Assembly (NCBI GenBank): GCA_964291315.2 | Contig: OZ219753.1 | Span: 2,688,001 to 2,752,000 of the forward strand | Source of the DNA: Candidatus Poribacteria bacterium | Lineage (GTDB): Bacteria; Poribacteria; WGA-4E; WGA-3G | DNA: 64,000 bases | Reading direction: 5' to 3' | Shown here: positions 13,970-24,876 of the stretch, piece after piece | Layout of the letters: each line of letters starts with the position of its first letter | How positions within the stretch are numbered: position 1 is the stretch's first letter | Position numbers and translations under genes: made by a program | The notes under the pieces: generated by a model | The model's database searches: none | What the model was told of the DNA's origin: nothing | The model's input: the letters and a program-made list of their open reading frames with translations, nothing else

Positions 13970-15484
13970 ATGAAAAAAGCAGAAAAAACGCTCTGGGGCG
14001 GACGTTTTAGCACAAGCCTCACCACAGAAACGATAGCCTTCACACACTCCATTAGAGCCGACTCCCGACTCATTGGGTACGATATCTGGGGGAGCCAGGT
14101 ACATGCTATTATGCTTGCTCAGCAAGAAATAATCTCCGATGCCGACCTACGCGAGATTTTACATTGGCTCCGAAAAGCTGAGGCGGATTTTCAGAACGGT
14201 GACTTTACGCTCGATCCGAATAAAGAAGACGTACACATGAATGTCGAATCTTACCTGATTGAGAATGCGGGGCGCGAGTGTGGTGGCAAACTCCATACAG
14301 CTCGTTCTCGCAATGATCAGGTACTCGTAGACGCGCATCTCTATATTCGGGAAGAAATCCTCCACGCCGAGAGTGGGATCGCAACAGTGTGTGATGCGCT
14401 CCTCCAAATTGCGAAAGCACATACTGATACTGTGATGCCGGGGTATACGCACACACAGCATGCGCAGCCGATTAGCCTCGGTTTTTGGGCAACGGCCTAT
14501 GTGAGCATGTTCCTCCGGGATCAGAAACGTCTGAAATCCGCATATGCACTTGCAAACATGAATCCGCTTGGAGCGTGTGCATTGGCGGGCACGACGTTCC
14601 GTATTGACCGAGAGTTGACAACAAAGCTCCTCGGTTTTGATGCACCGCACGAACACGCCCTTGATGTCATCAGCAGCCGAGATTTTATCGCAGAAACACT
14701 CTTTGCACTATCGTTGGTGATGGCAAACCTCTCACGGATTAGCGAGGAAATTGTCTATTGGACAACATACGAGTTTGGTATGGCGGTGCTCGACGACGCG
14801 TATAGTTTCGGGAGTTCAATTATGCCGCAGAAAAAGAACCCCGACATCGCTGAACTCACGCGAGGGCGTACAGGACGCGTCTACGGCGCATTACTTGACC
14901 TGTTGACAAACCTCAAAGGTTTACCGATGGGCTATAACCGCGATTTTCAGGAAGATAAACCGCCGCTCTGGGAAGCGTTTGATGTTGTGAAGGCATGCCT
15001 TGGAGTGCTACCTGAACTCCTCAAGACCACTGATTTCAAAACGGAGCGGATGGCGGAATTGGCGAACGCGAATTTCGCAACCGCAACTGAATTAGCCAAT
15101 TATCTCGTCAAAGAACGTCAGATGAGTTTTCGGGAGTGCCATGAAATCGTCGGATGGCTTGTCGGAGCACTCGTCGATCAAGAAAAAACGTTCTCCGATT
15201 GGGAATTGACACGAAACCTCTTAAAGCAGAGAAACATTGACATGTCTATTGAGGGGCTCAAGCAAATTCTGGATGCAGCGTCAGCAATTCAGAACAACCA
15301 AAGCCTTGGAGGCACATCGCCTAACGAGGTTCAGCGGATGATAGACAATTTTGAAGGGCAACTTAATAAAATTGTATCACGGATTTATACGTGTCAGATG
15401 CAAATTGAGGAGGCGCGCAGAAAGACGAGACAACTTGTTAGAAAGGCTTTGGACATGCGGGTTGTTTCTAAAAAAGGGAAATGA
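13970..15484 (+). CDS. argH: argininosuccinate lyase
   Basis: LWGGRF, LHTARSRNDQV, MPGYTHTQHAQP, GSSIMPQKKNPD. Confidence 0.97.
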   Translation: MKKAEKTLWGGRFSTSLTTETIAFTHSIRADSRLIGYDIWGSQVHAIMLAQQEIISDADLREILHWLRKAEADFQNGDFTLDPNKEDVHMNVESYLIENAGRECGGKLHTARSRNDQVLVDAHLYIREEILHAESGIATVCDALLQIAKAHTDTVMPGYTHTQHAQPISLGFWATAYVSMFLRDQKRLKSAYALANMNPLGACALAGTTFRIDRELTTKLLGFDAPHEHALDVISSRDFIAETLFALSLVMANLSRISEEIVYWTTYEFGMAVLDDAYSFGSSIMPQKKNPDIAELTRGRTGRVYGALLDLLTNLKGLPMGYNRDFQEDKPPLWEAFDVVKACLGVLPELLKTTDFKTERMAELANANFATATELANYLVKERQMSFRECHEIVGWLVGALVDQEKTFSDWELTRNLLKQRNIDMSIEGLKQILDAASAIQNNQSLGGTSPNEVQRMIDNFEGQLNKIVSRIYTCQMQIEEARRKTRQLVRKALDMRVVSKKGK

Positions 15485-16203
15485 CAAAATTGGAAAACAG
15501 ATTGATTGTTGCATTGGATACAGACGACGGTGAAGATATTGATGGGTTATCCGAGACGCTCATGGATATTGTCCCCTGGATTAAACTAGGCTTTCAAGCG
15601 TTCAGTACCCTTGGAGCCGAGGCATTTCCGTGGCTTAGTGGACGCGGACACAAGATATTTCTTGACCTGAAATTCCACGACATCCCAAACACAGTCGCCC
15701 GCGATGTCGGCACGATGACAAAACAGGGCGCACACATGATTAACATGCACGCCGCCGGTGGATTTGAGATGATGCAGGCTGCGAGGTATAGTGCGGATAA
15801 TGCGGCTTACGATGCTGGCATCCCGAAACCTATTCTTCTCGGCGTGACCATTTTGACAAGCATTGTCGAAACTGACTTTCAACAAAATTTCGGATCAGAA
15901 CGAAACCTTACGAAACAGGTCGTCTATCTTGCACAATTGGCGAAAGAAGCGGGATTGGATGGCGTTGTTGCGTCACCGTTGGAAATTGAACCGATTCGCA
16001 AAGCCTGCGGTGACGGGTTTTTAATTGTTACGCCAGGGATACGTCCGAAATCGGCGGTGAGTGGCGATCAACGCCGCATTACTACCCCCACAGAAGCGAT
16101 CCGGCGGGGGGCAAATTATATTGTCGTAGGCAGACCTATAATTGAGGCAGGGGATCCCTTGAAGGCTACTGAAATGATTCTTCAGGACATGAGAGAGGCA
16201 TAG
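15481..16203 (+). CDS. pyrF: orotidine-5'-phosphate decarboxylase
   Basis: LIVALD, FLDLKFHDIPNTV, VTPGIRP, VVGRPI. Confidence 0.97.
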   Translation: MTKLENRLIVALDTDDGEDIDGLSETLMDIVPWIKLGFQAFSTLGAEAFPWLSGRGHKIFLDLKFHDIPNTVARDVGTMTKQGAHMINMHAAGGFEMMQAARYSADNAAYDAGIPKPILLGVTILTSIVETDFQQNFGSERNLTKQVVYLAQLAKEAGLDGVVASPLEIEPIRKACGDGFLIVTPGIRPKSAVSGDQRRITTPTEAIRRGANYIVVGRPIIEAGDPLKATEMILQDMREA

Positions 16204-16207
16204 TACT

Positions 16208-17644
16208 ATGAACATCATCTGTATCTGTTTGGATACGTTTCGTGCGGACATCATCGGTGAAGGTAAGAAGTATAGTCACGTACAAACCCCGAATCTTGAT
16301 ACATTTGCATCTGAGAGTGTCCGTTTCACACGCGCATTTGGAGAGGGGCAACCGACGCTTCAGGTGCGACGCGCAAACTTCACCGGGATGCGGAGTTTTC
16401 CCTGGAAATACAATTTCGACCGGCGCGGACATTGGCATCATGCCCCCGGTTGGCACAAGATTCCACCGGAACAGGATACGCTCGCTGAGGTTCTACTCGA
16501 ACGCGGTTATCTCACCGCACTTATTGCAGATACCTATCATATGTTCAAGCCGACGATGAATTTCTCGCGTGGCTTTGCACATTTCGATTTTATCCGCGGG
16601 CAGGAATCTGACAACTGGCACAGCGGCGACCCGAGGTTGATTGAGGCACAACTCCGAAAACATGTCCGCGAACCAATCAATTGGCAGCGGCATGCTGGAC
16701 TCGTCAATTACTTGTTATCGCAGCGGCATCGACAGTCGGAAGCTGACTACAGTTGTGCGCGTGTTTTCCGCGCGGCATCTGATTGGCTTCAGGATAACTA
16801 CACCGTCGGCCCTTTCTTTCTTTGGGTAGACAGTTTCGACCCGCATGAGCCGTGGGATCCACCAAAATCATACGCTGATCTCTATTTTTCAGACTACTCC
16901 GGGAAGGACTTTATTATGGCCAGCAGCGCAAATGAAGGCGAAGGTCCTTCGGAAGATGAACGCCTCCGAATTGAGGCACTCTACCTCGGAGAAGTAACGT
17001 TTGTCGATAAATGGATCGGGGTGCTCCTCAACAAGATAGAACAACTGCGGATTCGCGACGATACGGTGGTTGTCTTGATCTCCGACCACGGTACTCAGCT
17101 CCGTGATCACGGAAGTTTCGGAAAGGGAGCAAACAAATTGCATCCGTTTAACACACAGCTGAACCTGATGATTCGACACCCGGAAGGTCCCAATGATAAG
17201 GAAATTTCCGCGTTTGTGCAAAACCACGACCTAATGCCGACGCTCCTAAACTTGCTTGATATTCCCTGTGGTTGGACAGATGGCGAGGACATGTGGCCGC
17301 TCGTCACACAAAAGAAAGCCTTCCTTCGAGAACGGGTTATCACAGGTTGGGCAAGCTTTATTATTGGAAACGCGAGAGGACGGGTCAGTGTACGCGATAA
17401 CCATTGGAACTTCTGTACATCGGTGGGTTATAAAGACGAGAAGGGTGATGAACTCTTTGATGTCCGCAACGATCCAGAGGAACAAGTGAACGTGGCGAGC
17501 GCACATCCGAAGGTTGTCACAGAGCGGCGACGAGATATTGAAGCATTAATCGGGCAACCCCTCCCGGGACATTTCATCGAAGTTTGTGACCCGGGGAACG
17601 CCCCAATGACGCAATGGCTCCAGCGGAAACTAGCAGAAATGTAA
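16208..17644 (+). CDS. sulfatase-like (alkaline phosphatase superfamily) hydrolase
   Basis: ICLDTFRAD, TPNLD, FDPHEPWDPP, SDHG; non-canonical nucleophile motif PTLQVRR. Confidence 0.88.
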   Translation: MNIICICLDTFRADIIGEGKKYSHVQTPNLDTFASESVRFTRAFGEGQPTLQVRRANFTGMRSFPWKYNFDRRGHWHHAPGWHKIPPEQDTLAEVLLERGYLTALIADTYHMFKPTMNFSRGFAHFDFIRGQESDNWHSGDPRLIEAQLRKHVREPINWQRHAGLVNYLLSQRHRQSEADYSCARVFRAASDWLQDNYTVGPFFLWVDSFDPHEPWDPPKSYADLYFSDYSGKDFIMASSANEGEGPSEDERLRIEALYLGEVTFVDKWIGVLLNKIEQLRIRDDTVVVLISDHGTQLRDHGSFGKGANKLHPFNTQLNLMIRHPEGPNDKEISAFVQNHDLMPTLLNLLDIPCGWTDGEDMWPLVTQKKAFLRERVITGWASFIIGNARGRVSVRDNHWNFCTSVGYKDEKGDELFDVRNDPEEQVNVASAHPKVVTERRRDIEALIGQPLPGHFIEVCDPGNAPMTQWLQRKLAEM

Positions 17645-17766
17645 AACACTTGATCTGATTTTCCGTTTGACATATAATACGTCAAACGGGTCATCAAAAA
17701 TCTATTATCCTGTTCGGCTTGCAAGCTAAGCCGAAATTCGTTATAGAAAATTTGAAGGGAAAAATT

Positions 17767-18540
17767 ATGGGAAGAAGACGATCCAGAGTGCAATATTGTA
17801 AAGGCGAATTGATTGAACGTGAGGACTTCTCTGAAGATTTGGCCGCGTTCAAATTTCGTGTTGATAAAAAATTACCATTTATACCCGGACAATACGCGAC
17901 GATCGGTTTTCAGGTCGACGGAAAGATTCTTCAACGTCCCTATTCTATTGTCTCCTCACCCCACGAACCGTTTATGGAGGTTTTCGTGGAATTGGTGCCG
18001 GAAGGTGAGACCACTCCACTGTTTTGGGAACTGAAATTAGGGGACAGTGTATTCTTTCGGGAACGTCTCGTCGGCAAGTTTGTCTTGGATACGGAGAGTG
18101 GAATGACGCGTCATGTTATGGCAGGTACCGTGACAGGCGCTGCACCGTATATTAGCATCGCCCGCACACAAAAAATAGAGCAAGAACAAGGGAAAATCAG
18201 CCCACATCAAATTTTAGCGATTGTAGGCGCGAGCCGCTCGTGGGAGCTTGGATATTACCTGGATGAACTCAATGAACTTGCTGCACAAGAGGAATGGTTC
18301 AGCTTCGTTCCAACAGTGAGTCGTCCCTGGGAGGATCCGGGCTGGCGAGGCGAGAGTGGACGTGCTGAAGATGTAATTCGGAAATATGGTGATCAACTCG
18401 GTTACGATCACACCAATGCTGTTGCCTACGCGTGCGGACATCCACAGATGATTGAAAATTCCAAATCTATCTGGGCACGTGCGCGTTTCCCTGAAGAGCG
18501 GATCAAAGAGGAAAAATTCTTCGTGATCAAAGAAGAGTAG
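17767..18540 (+). CDS. ferredoxin--NADP+ reductase family protein
   Basis: FIPGQY, RPYSIVSSP, TGAAPY, YACGHPQMI, EEKFF. Confidence 0.9.
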   Translation: MGRRRSRVQYCKGELIEREDFSEDLAAFKFRVDKKLPFIPGQYATIGFQVDGKILQRPYSIVSSPHEPFMEVFVELVPEGETTPLFWELKLGDSVFFRERLVGKFVLDTESGMTRHVMAGTVTGAAPYISIARTQKIEQEQGKISPHQILAIVGASRSWELGYYLDELNELAAQEEWFSFVPTVSRPWEDPGWRGESGRAEDVIRKYGDQLGYDHTNAVAYACGHPQMIENSKSIWARARFPEERIKEEKFFVIKEE

Positions 18541-18581
18541 TGATGTAGAAATCCACACTTAGACTTATAGCAAGCTGACCT

Positions 18582-18625
18582 AAATAGCGGCACTACGCGG
18601 GCGACTTCGCGGAATGCCGCTGTTT
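18582..18625. terminator. hairpin or terminator between convergent fpr-like and WD40 genes
   Basis: AAATAGCGGCA...TGCCGCTGTTT inverted repeat followed by T's. Confidence 0.55.
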
Positions 18626-18739
18626 CGTTTGGTCGGTATTATTCTACAATTCGAGGCAGTGTCTTGAGACTTTGCGCATTAGAATACGGATGACTCGAAG
18701 TCACAACACCTAGAACATCGCTTGCATTGTTACGAGGTC

Positions 18740-20509
18740 TCAGTCTATATCCATATTCCAAACTAGAATAGTACCGTCCTCGCTCCCACTGACAAGTGTA
18801 GTGTCATCCTCAGAAAAAATCAACGTTGTGATTTTTCTACTATGCTTAGCTGAAATTGATATTCTCTTATATGTGTTAATATTTAACAATGAGATTTGAC
18901 CTATTGCATCTCCGACCGCAAGAAATCGGGTAGAGGAAGAAAGCGCTAAGGCGGTAATTGAACTGAATGAACCTCTGTAATTCTTTACTTCTTGACCTGT
19001 AAGAGCATCCCACTGCCGGATGGTTCCATTTTCTTCACCACTGAAAAGGTGGGTGCCATCAGCAAAGAATGTCAGTGCTGCAATAGTGCCTTGAGAACCT
19101 CTAAGTTTTTTTAGCGTTTCCTTACTACCGATATCCAATAAATGAATTCTGCCATCCGCCCCACCGCTAGCGAGAGTGGTGCCAGCAGGTGAAAGTGCAA
19201 GTGCTGTGATACCGTGTGGGTTACCGGTCAACCATGTTTGCAAGCTACCATCGTTCGATACAAAAATAGTGCCGTCTTCACTGCCGCCGCTGACAAGGAT
19301 TTTACCACTTTTTGAGAAAGCAACTGCTTGTGTTAATCCTCTATGGTCCTCGAGTTTGGATAGCTGCCTACCTGTGCTTGCGTCCCATAAGCGGAGTTTG
19401 TTGTCTAACCCGGTTCCGCATGCAAGAACACGTTTGTCTTCTGTGTATGTCAAGGCTTTCACCCCGCCGGTATGTCCTGTGAGCACTAACCTTTCGCGAG
19501 CAAGAGGTATGTCCCATAAACGAATCGTGCCATCTAAACTACCGCTTGCAAGAGTCTTCCCGTCTGGTGACAATTCGAAAGTAGGGACTACATCTTTATG
19601 TCCTGTAAGGGTAGACGTGAGTTCACCTGTGTTGATGTTCCATACTCGAATTTCCTTGTCGGCTCCGCTGGTAGCAAAGCTGTGTCCATCTTTTAAGAAA
19701 TTTACCACGTGAACGGGGGTATTATATTTCTTAGGTTCAGTAAGTTTGCCACCTGTGACGAGATTCCATTCCATTACTCGAACTGTTCCATCCAGACCCG
19801 CGCTGATAACTTCTAGCCTTCTACCTTCTTGTGAGAAGTTAACCGCCCGGACCGAATCTGTATGCTCTTCAAACTTGTGGATTCTATCTCCGGTACGGGC
19901 ATACCAGACCTGAATTGTGCCATCCTCACTTCCACCAGCTATCGTGCTGTCATCTGACGAGAAGGCCAAGGTGTTAACGGTGTCGCTACACGGTAGGATT
20001 GCGATAAGTTTCTTGTTTTCAATAGTGGTGTGCGGATCCCATATTCGGATGGTTTTATCAGTGCTTCCACTAGCAAGCATGCTACCATCACGTGAGAATA
20101 TGACGGTATGAATTTCGCCAGTATGCCCTCTGAAAGTAGTTTGGGGATGTCGGTTATTGTTGTTATTAAGATTCCACAGCTTAACTGTCTGATCCGAGTG
20201 TGCAGCCGCAAGCATGAGGCCACCTGGAGAATATGAGACTGCATTAGCACCCCCTATAACCCCGGATAACATGGCTTGTTCTGTTCCTGTATGAACGTCG
20301 TAGATCCAAATACCAACGGTAGTTGCAACGGCTAATTGGTCACCGTAGGGAGAAAATTCTATGTCGTAAACCCACCCCTTGCCATAGCGGGCTGTTGCTT
20401 CTGGGGGTAAGGGCCATTCCGCAGAATTTTCTGCAATGAGGTTTGTTAAAAGACTTGTCATTAATAGAGAAATAACAATTAACAGATAGACATTTTTCAT
20501 TTGTTTCAT
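18740..20509 (-). CDS. secreted WD40-repeat (beta-propeller) protein
   Basis: Signal-peptide-like N-terminus and ~13-14 GH...WD repeats (e.g. LASGSLDGTIRLWD). Confidence 0.93.
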   Translation of the reverse strand: MKQMKNVYLLIVISLLMTSLLTNLIAENSAEWPLPPEATARYGKGWVYDIEFSPYGDQLAVATTVGIWIYDVHTGTEQAMLSGVIGGANAVSYSPGGLMLAAAHSDQTVKLWNLNNNNNRHPQTTFRGHTGEIHTVIFSRDGSMLASGSTDKTIRIWDPHTTIENKKLIAILPCSDTVNTLAFSSDDSTIAGGSEDGTIQVWYARTGDRIHKFEEHTDSVRAVNFSQEGRRLEVISAGLDGTVRVMEWNLVTGGKLTEPKKYNTPVHVVNFLKDGHSFATSGADKEIRVWNINTGELTSTLTGHKDVVPTFELSPDGKTLASGSLDGTIRLWDIPLARERLVLTGHTGGVKALTYTEDKRVLACGTGLDNKLRLWDASTGRQLSKLEDHRGLTQAVAFSKSGKILVSGGSEDGTIFVSNDGSLQTWLTGNPHGITALALSPAGTTLASGGADGRIHLLDIGSKETLKKLRGSQGTIAALTFFADGTHLFSGEENGTIRQWDALTGQEVKNYRGSFSSITALALSSSTRFLAVGDAIGQISLLNINTYKRISISAKHSRKITTLIFSEDDTTLVSGSEDGTILVWNMDID

Positions 20510-20612
20510 CTCCTTCTCGGATAGTTGATATGTAAACGGTGATTCGCGTTTCGTAATTTATTTTACCACGCGAATAAACCAAAATCAATCTTTACAAGTA
20601 TTCTTGAAGCTT

Positions 20613-22658
20613 CTACTCTAGATCTATGTACCCTTTAAGTCTAAGGGCCGGTTCATAATTTGGATCGATTCTTAAAGCGGATTCCGCAGCATCCATCGAC
20701 GCTTTAAATTCACCACGTTTTAAGTAAACAAGCGCGAGGTTGTAGTGTGCTTGCTTATAATTCTCATCAACCCTTATTGCCTTTTTAAGAGGTTCTATGG
20801 CTTCGATGGGCTTATTCCATTCAATATAAATCACACCCAAACGGCCGTGTGCTTCCTTAAAGTTAGGGTCGATATTGATGGCGTTTTCACATTCAGTGAT
20901 TGCCTTATCGTACTGCTCTTCATCCAAAAACGTCCGAGCACGATCGTAGTATATCTTTTTTATTTTTGATAAAAGTTCGTGAGCAGGTGGATAATCGTCG
21001 GCAATCTCTAACGCTTTTCTGCCTGCTTCTTCCGCTTTTTCAAGGTTACCTTTGCGACGGTATTCCCGACCTTCCTTGACATAAGCCTCTGGGTCGGGGA
21101 TTGGCGGGTCGGGAATCGGAGGCGGTTCTATTTTTTTCATTGGGTCGGGGATTGGCGGGCCGGGAATCGGAGGCGGTATTTCTGACAAAAGTTCGCGAGC
21201 AGGTTGATAATCGTTGTTAATCTTTAACGCTTTTCTTGCCATTTCTTCCGCTTTTTCAAAATCACCTTTGTGAAAGTAGGCCCAACCTATACTAACATAA
21301 GTCTCTAGTTTATTAATCGGCATACGAGTGAGCCATGCCTGAATTTCGTCATCATCGCTATCGGCATATTTCGCTTCGGCACTCTCAACCGTGTCGATTA
21401 CCAACTGCCATTTGGACTGATCGCCGTTTTCTGCCCAACTCTTGTATGTTAAAGATAAATAGTAATAGGTTTTAATAGCGTACGAGCTGCCTTCATAATC
21501 TTTGATAAGTCTTTTGAAGGCATCAACCGATTTACTAAATAGGTCCGGCTGATCCAGGAGAGCTGCTTGGTAATAACAATAGCCTCCCCAATAGAGCACG
21601 TAAATCACGTCATCAGCAGCGAGACGATTACTATTGGCGAGCTTCTCATAGATTTCGGCTGCCTCTAAGAATCGCTCTTGCAGCCGAAAAAGTCTCGCCT
21701 TCCAAAAGATCGGATCGATCGGATTGGGTGGTATTATGTCTTCTACATAACCCCGATCCGGGACAATGAAGGTGAGCTGGTACGCCCGATGAATTTCTAC
21801 TTTGCGTTTGTCGTCAGACGTACTATACATAGCTTCTTCGTAGTACTTTCGCGCGTTTACACGATCATTTGAATCAAGGTGAATTTCTGCCATTCCAACG
21901 TAAGCCTCAGTAACATATTCGCTGTCAGGGCATTGTGCAATGAGGTCCTCATAGCGTTCGTAAGAATCGTGGAACTTACGTTGTCTTCGTAAGTCGGATG
22001 CTTTGTTGTACATTGCCTCACAATTGACTGAAGGATCCAGTTTCTTAGTCAGTTCTGCAATCCGACTTTCTGCTGCCGATCTAAATCTGGACTGTGGAAA
22101 TTCATTAACAAGTCTTTGAAAGGTTTGCAGAGCTTCTTCACAGTTTTTCTGTTGATAGTTGATTTCTCCAATAACGTACAGTATTTCCGACATCCGACGG
22201 CTATTTGGAAATTCTTCTATGAACCAAGAAAATTTAGACTTTGCTTGATCGAGATCTCCGATTTTATAGAGAACTTCTGCCCAGAGGTAATTTAATTCTT
22301 CTCGATGTTTAGCAACATTTGTATCCAATACTACCTCTTTGATATGTGTGAGAGCGTTTTGGTAGTGTCTGATATCGCTCATTTTCTCGGCAAGTCCATA
22401 ATAGCATTGAGCGATTTTGAGGTTAACAAGGGTGGTAAAGTCTTTATCAATCCGCTCTATCTTGGCCCCGAATTTTTTTGACTCCTTGAGTGCCTCTTTG
22501 TATTTCGCGATTGCGTTTTTATAATCTGCCTGTTCGTACGAAACTTCAGCAGCTTCAAAAATCTGTTCTATCTTTTTCGTGCTACCTAATACAAGTGGAG
22601 ATATAAGGGCAAGTACCAAGGCGAATCCACCGATGATACCCCAAATTCTGTCGTTCAT
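20613..22658 (-). CDS. tetratricopeptide repeat protein with N-terminal TM/signal and Pro-rich linker
   Basis: Multiple TPRs (AHYNLALVY, BamD-like FP.S motifs), PPPIPDP repeats. Confidence 0.9.
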   Translation of the reverse strand: MNDRIWGIIGGFALVLALISPLVLGSTKKIEQIFEAAEVSYEQADYKNAIAKYKEALKESKKFGAKIERIDKDFTTLVNLKIAQCYYGLAEKMSDIRHYQNALTHIKEVVLDTNVAKHREELNYLWAEVLYKIGDLDQAKSKFSWFIEEFPNSRRMSEILYVIGEINYQQKNCEEALQTFQRLVNEFPQSRFRSAAESRIAELTKKLDPSVNCEAMYNKASDLRRQRKFHDSYERYEDLIAQCPDSEYVTEAYVGMAEIHLDSNDRVNARKYYEEAMYSTSDDKRKVEIHRAYQLTFIVPDRGYVEDIIPPNPIDPIFWKARLFRLQERFLEAAEIYEKLANSNRLAADDVIYVLYWGGYCYYQAALLDQPDLFSKSVDAFKRLIKDYEGSSYAIKTYYYLSLTYKSWAENGDQSKWQLVIDTVESAEAKYADSDDDEIQAWLTRMPINKLETYVSIGWAYFHKGDFEKAEEMARKALKINNDYQPARELLSEIPPPIPGPPIPDPMKKIEPPPIPDPPIPDPEAYVKEGREYRRKGNLEKAEEAGRKALEIADDYPPAHELLSKIKKIYYDRARTFLDEEQYDKAITECENAINIDPNFKEAHGRLGVIYIEWNKPIEAIEPLKKAIRVDENYKQAHYNLALVYLKRGEFKASMDAAESALRIDPNYEPALRLKGYIDLE

Positions 22659-22668
22659 CGTCGTCTCC

Positions 22669-24876
22669 TTATTCTTCCGGGTCCAGATCCTCCCGGGGCA
22701 TAATTTTTAAAGCGAATTTTTCCTGCAGAAGTTCTTTTTTTTCGAACCACCCGGTTTTTCCAAACAATTTAATTTTTAAGTCCACATCTCTTCCTTTTAC
22801 CTTGTCATCAGCGGTCATTCGGATGTTAATATCTTCCGCCGTATTTTTCCGAATTTTCCGAATTTTCACAAAATTATCAAAACTCACTCCTTTTATCTCT
22901 GAAGGTTCAAGTTTAATTTCAATATTACGCGCAGTTTTTCCGGCGTTTTGAATTTTAAACTTAAGAGAGGCATCTTCACTTGCATCAAGCCAACCGTTCC
23001 CTTTATCATCTAGTCTGATTTCTCCTACTGAGAGTTTTAGATTTGAGTTTGGCCACGGGATTATCTCAAACCTGACTTCGATAAAGATTCCGAGCAGGAC
23101 TATAACGCTTAAGATAGCAGCATAAGATAAGACTTTCTTACGAATTTTTTGGTTTTTCTTCATGCTTTTCGCAAGCTTTATGATTTGAAAGAGTTCGCGT
23201 GCTTGCTGATGATTTGGTTTGCGCTTTAGCACTTCGTCCACGGCGGCTTGAGCGTCGTCAAAGGCCTCTAATTCAAGGTAGGCCTGTCCTAATCCGTAGT
23301 GTGCCTCTATAGAATGAGGATCCGCCTTTATTACGCGTTTGAACGTGGCAGCTGCTTGATTATACTGCCCGTTGTTAAGAAAAAGTAACCCTCGTGCCAA
23401 GTCTTGTTTGGTATCCGGGGGATCCGCCGCCGGTGTACTTGCTGCCTTCGTTGGTGTGGATTGGCGTCCAATAGGAGGGCGCGCTTGTCTAATACCATCT
23501 AACAGGCGGTGTGCAGCTGGAGCATTATCATCAATCCTTAGGACAGCGTTTGCTGCACTCTCTGCCTCATCAAGTTGTCCCATTTCAAGGTAGAGTTCCG
23601 CCAAACACGTGTGAGCCGCTGCATAATTGGGATCCAAATCTATCGCCTTTCGGAACTCCGCGATCGCTTCTGTGTGCTTCTTCTCATTTCGATAGACGGT
23701 TCCCAACTCATAATGCATTTCCTGTTTCGGTTTTATACCGGATTGCGGGACTACAGATGTGCGTGATTCTGGCGGTTCTGGTGTCTCTGATATCTCCGTT
23801 TCCAAATATGTAAAACTGGGGTCAATCGCTTCCAAAAGGGAGCGTGCAGGTTGATAGTCGGCATCCAGTTTCAATGTTTCTGTCGCTGCCTCCCGTGCTT
23901 TTCCGAGTTCCTGTTGTCCGAGGTAAGCGACAGCAAGTGCGTGGCGTGCAGCTTTGTAAGTTGGATCCAGAGTTATCGTTTTCTGAAGTTCATCTACAGC
24001 ACGTGGGTACTCCTCCATTTTCAGGTAGGTTAACCCAAGCTTGTAATGCCCATTGGTAAAATTAGGATCAAGTACTATAGCCTGTTGGAAAGCTGCAGCA
24101 GCTTCGTCATAGTGTTCATCGTTGAGGCAAGCGATACCACTGTTATAGTGTGCCTGTTTTATTGTGTCTGCAAGCTCATGTGCAGGCTGGTAATCCGGGT
24201 CAAGTCTCAGTGTTTCCGTGACAGCATATGTGGCGGATTCCAAATTTCCTGATTTTTGGTAGGCGCTGGCAAGATTATAGTGAGCGCGCTTAAGATTCGG
24301 AGCGATGGCTATAGCACGCTCTAGGTGTGGTATCGCTTTGTCATATTCGCCCTGCTCGACGTAAGCGTATCCGAGGTTATAACGCGCGTCAACGAGATCT
24401 GGATCGTGGGTTATCGCGTTTTGCAAAGCATCAATTGCTTTCTGATACGCCTTCATACCGATATAGGCAGTACCGAGGTGGGCATGAATATGTGTGTTTT
24501 GAAGAGGGGAGGCCCGCGAACTATTCTCCAAGTCAGCATCAAGGTCGATAGCTTTCTGGAACGCTGCAACGGCTTCGGTATAACACTTCTCCTCTAAGTA
24601 GACCAAGCCTTTGTCCTGATATGCTTCTGTTATAGTGCCGTGGAGGAGTAAAGCGGGTTGGTGAGTCGCGTCAAGTTTCAATGCAGTTGTGACCGCGCTC
24701 TGTGCCTTCTCAAGTTCACCTTGTTCGAGGTAGGCACGACAGATTGCACAGCGTGCCGCTATAAAATTCTCATCCAATTTTATAGCGGCTTCAAATTCAG
24801 GGATTGCCCTATTGTAGTGTCCCGCTTCGAGATAAGCGATACCGAGGTTGTAGTGAGCCTCTCTTATAGCGTTCAT
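22669..24876 (-). CDS. tetratricopeptide repeat protein with C-terminal TM and small Ig/CARDB-like domain
   Basis: Many canonical TPRs (AHYNLG.AY, LDPDY..A); hydrophobic helix near residue 585. Confidence 0.9.
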   Translation of the reverse strand: MNAIREAHYNLGIAYLEAGHYNRAIPEFEAAIKLDENFIAARCAICRAYLEQGELEKAQSAVTTALKLDATHQPALLLHGTITEAYQDKGLVYLEEKCYTEAVAAFQKAIDLDADLENSSRASPLQNTHIHAHLGTAYIGMKAYQKAIDALQNAITHDPDLVDARYNLGYAYVEQGEYDKAIPHLERAIAIAPNLKRAHYNLASAYQKSGNLESATYAVTETLRLDPDYQPAHELADTIKQAHYNSGIACLNDEHYDEAAAAFQQAIVLDPNFTNGHYKLGLTYLKMEEYPRAVDELQKTITLDPTYKAARHALAVAYLGQQELGKAREAATETLKLDADYQPARSLLEAIDPSFTYLETEISETPEPPESRTSVVPQSGIKPKQEMHYELGTVYRNEKKHTEAIAEFRKAIDLDPNYAAAHTCLAELYLEMGQLDEAESAANAVLRIDDNAPAAHRLLDGIRQARPPIGRQSTPTKAASTPAADPPDTKQDLARGLLFLNNGQYNQAAATFKRVIKADPHSIEAHYGLGQAYLELEAFDDAQAAVDEVLKRKPNHQQARELFQIIKLAKSMKKNQKIRKKVLSYAAILSVIVLLGIFIEVRFEIIPWPNSNLKLSVGEIRLDDKGNGWLDASEDASLKFKIQNAGKTARNIEIKLEPSEIKGVSFDNFVKIRKIRKNTAEDINIRMTADDKVKGRDVDLKIKLFGKTGWFEKKELLQEKFALKIMPREDLDPEE

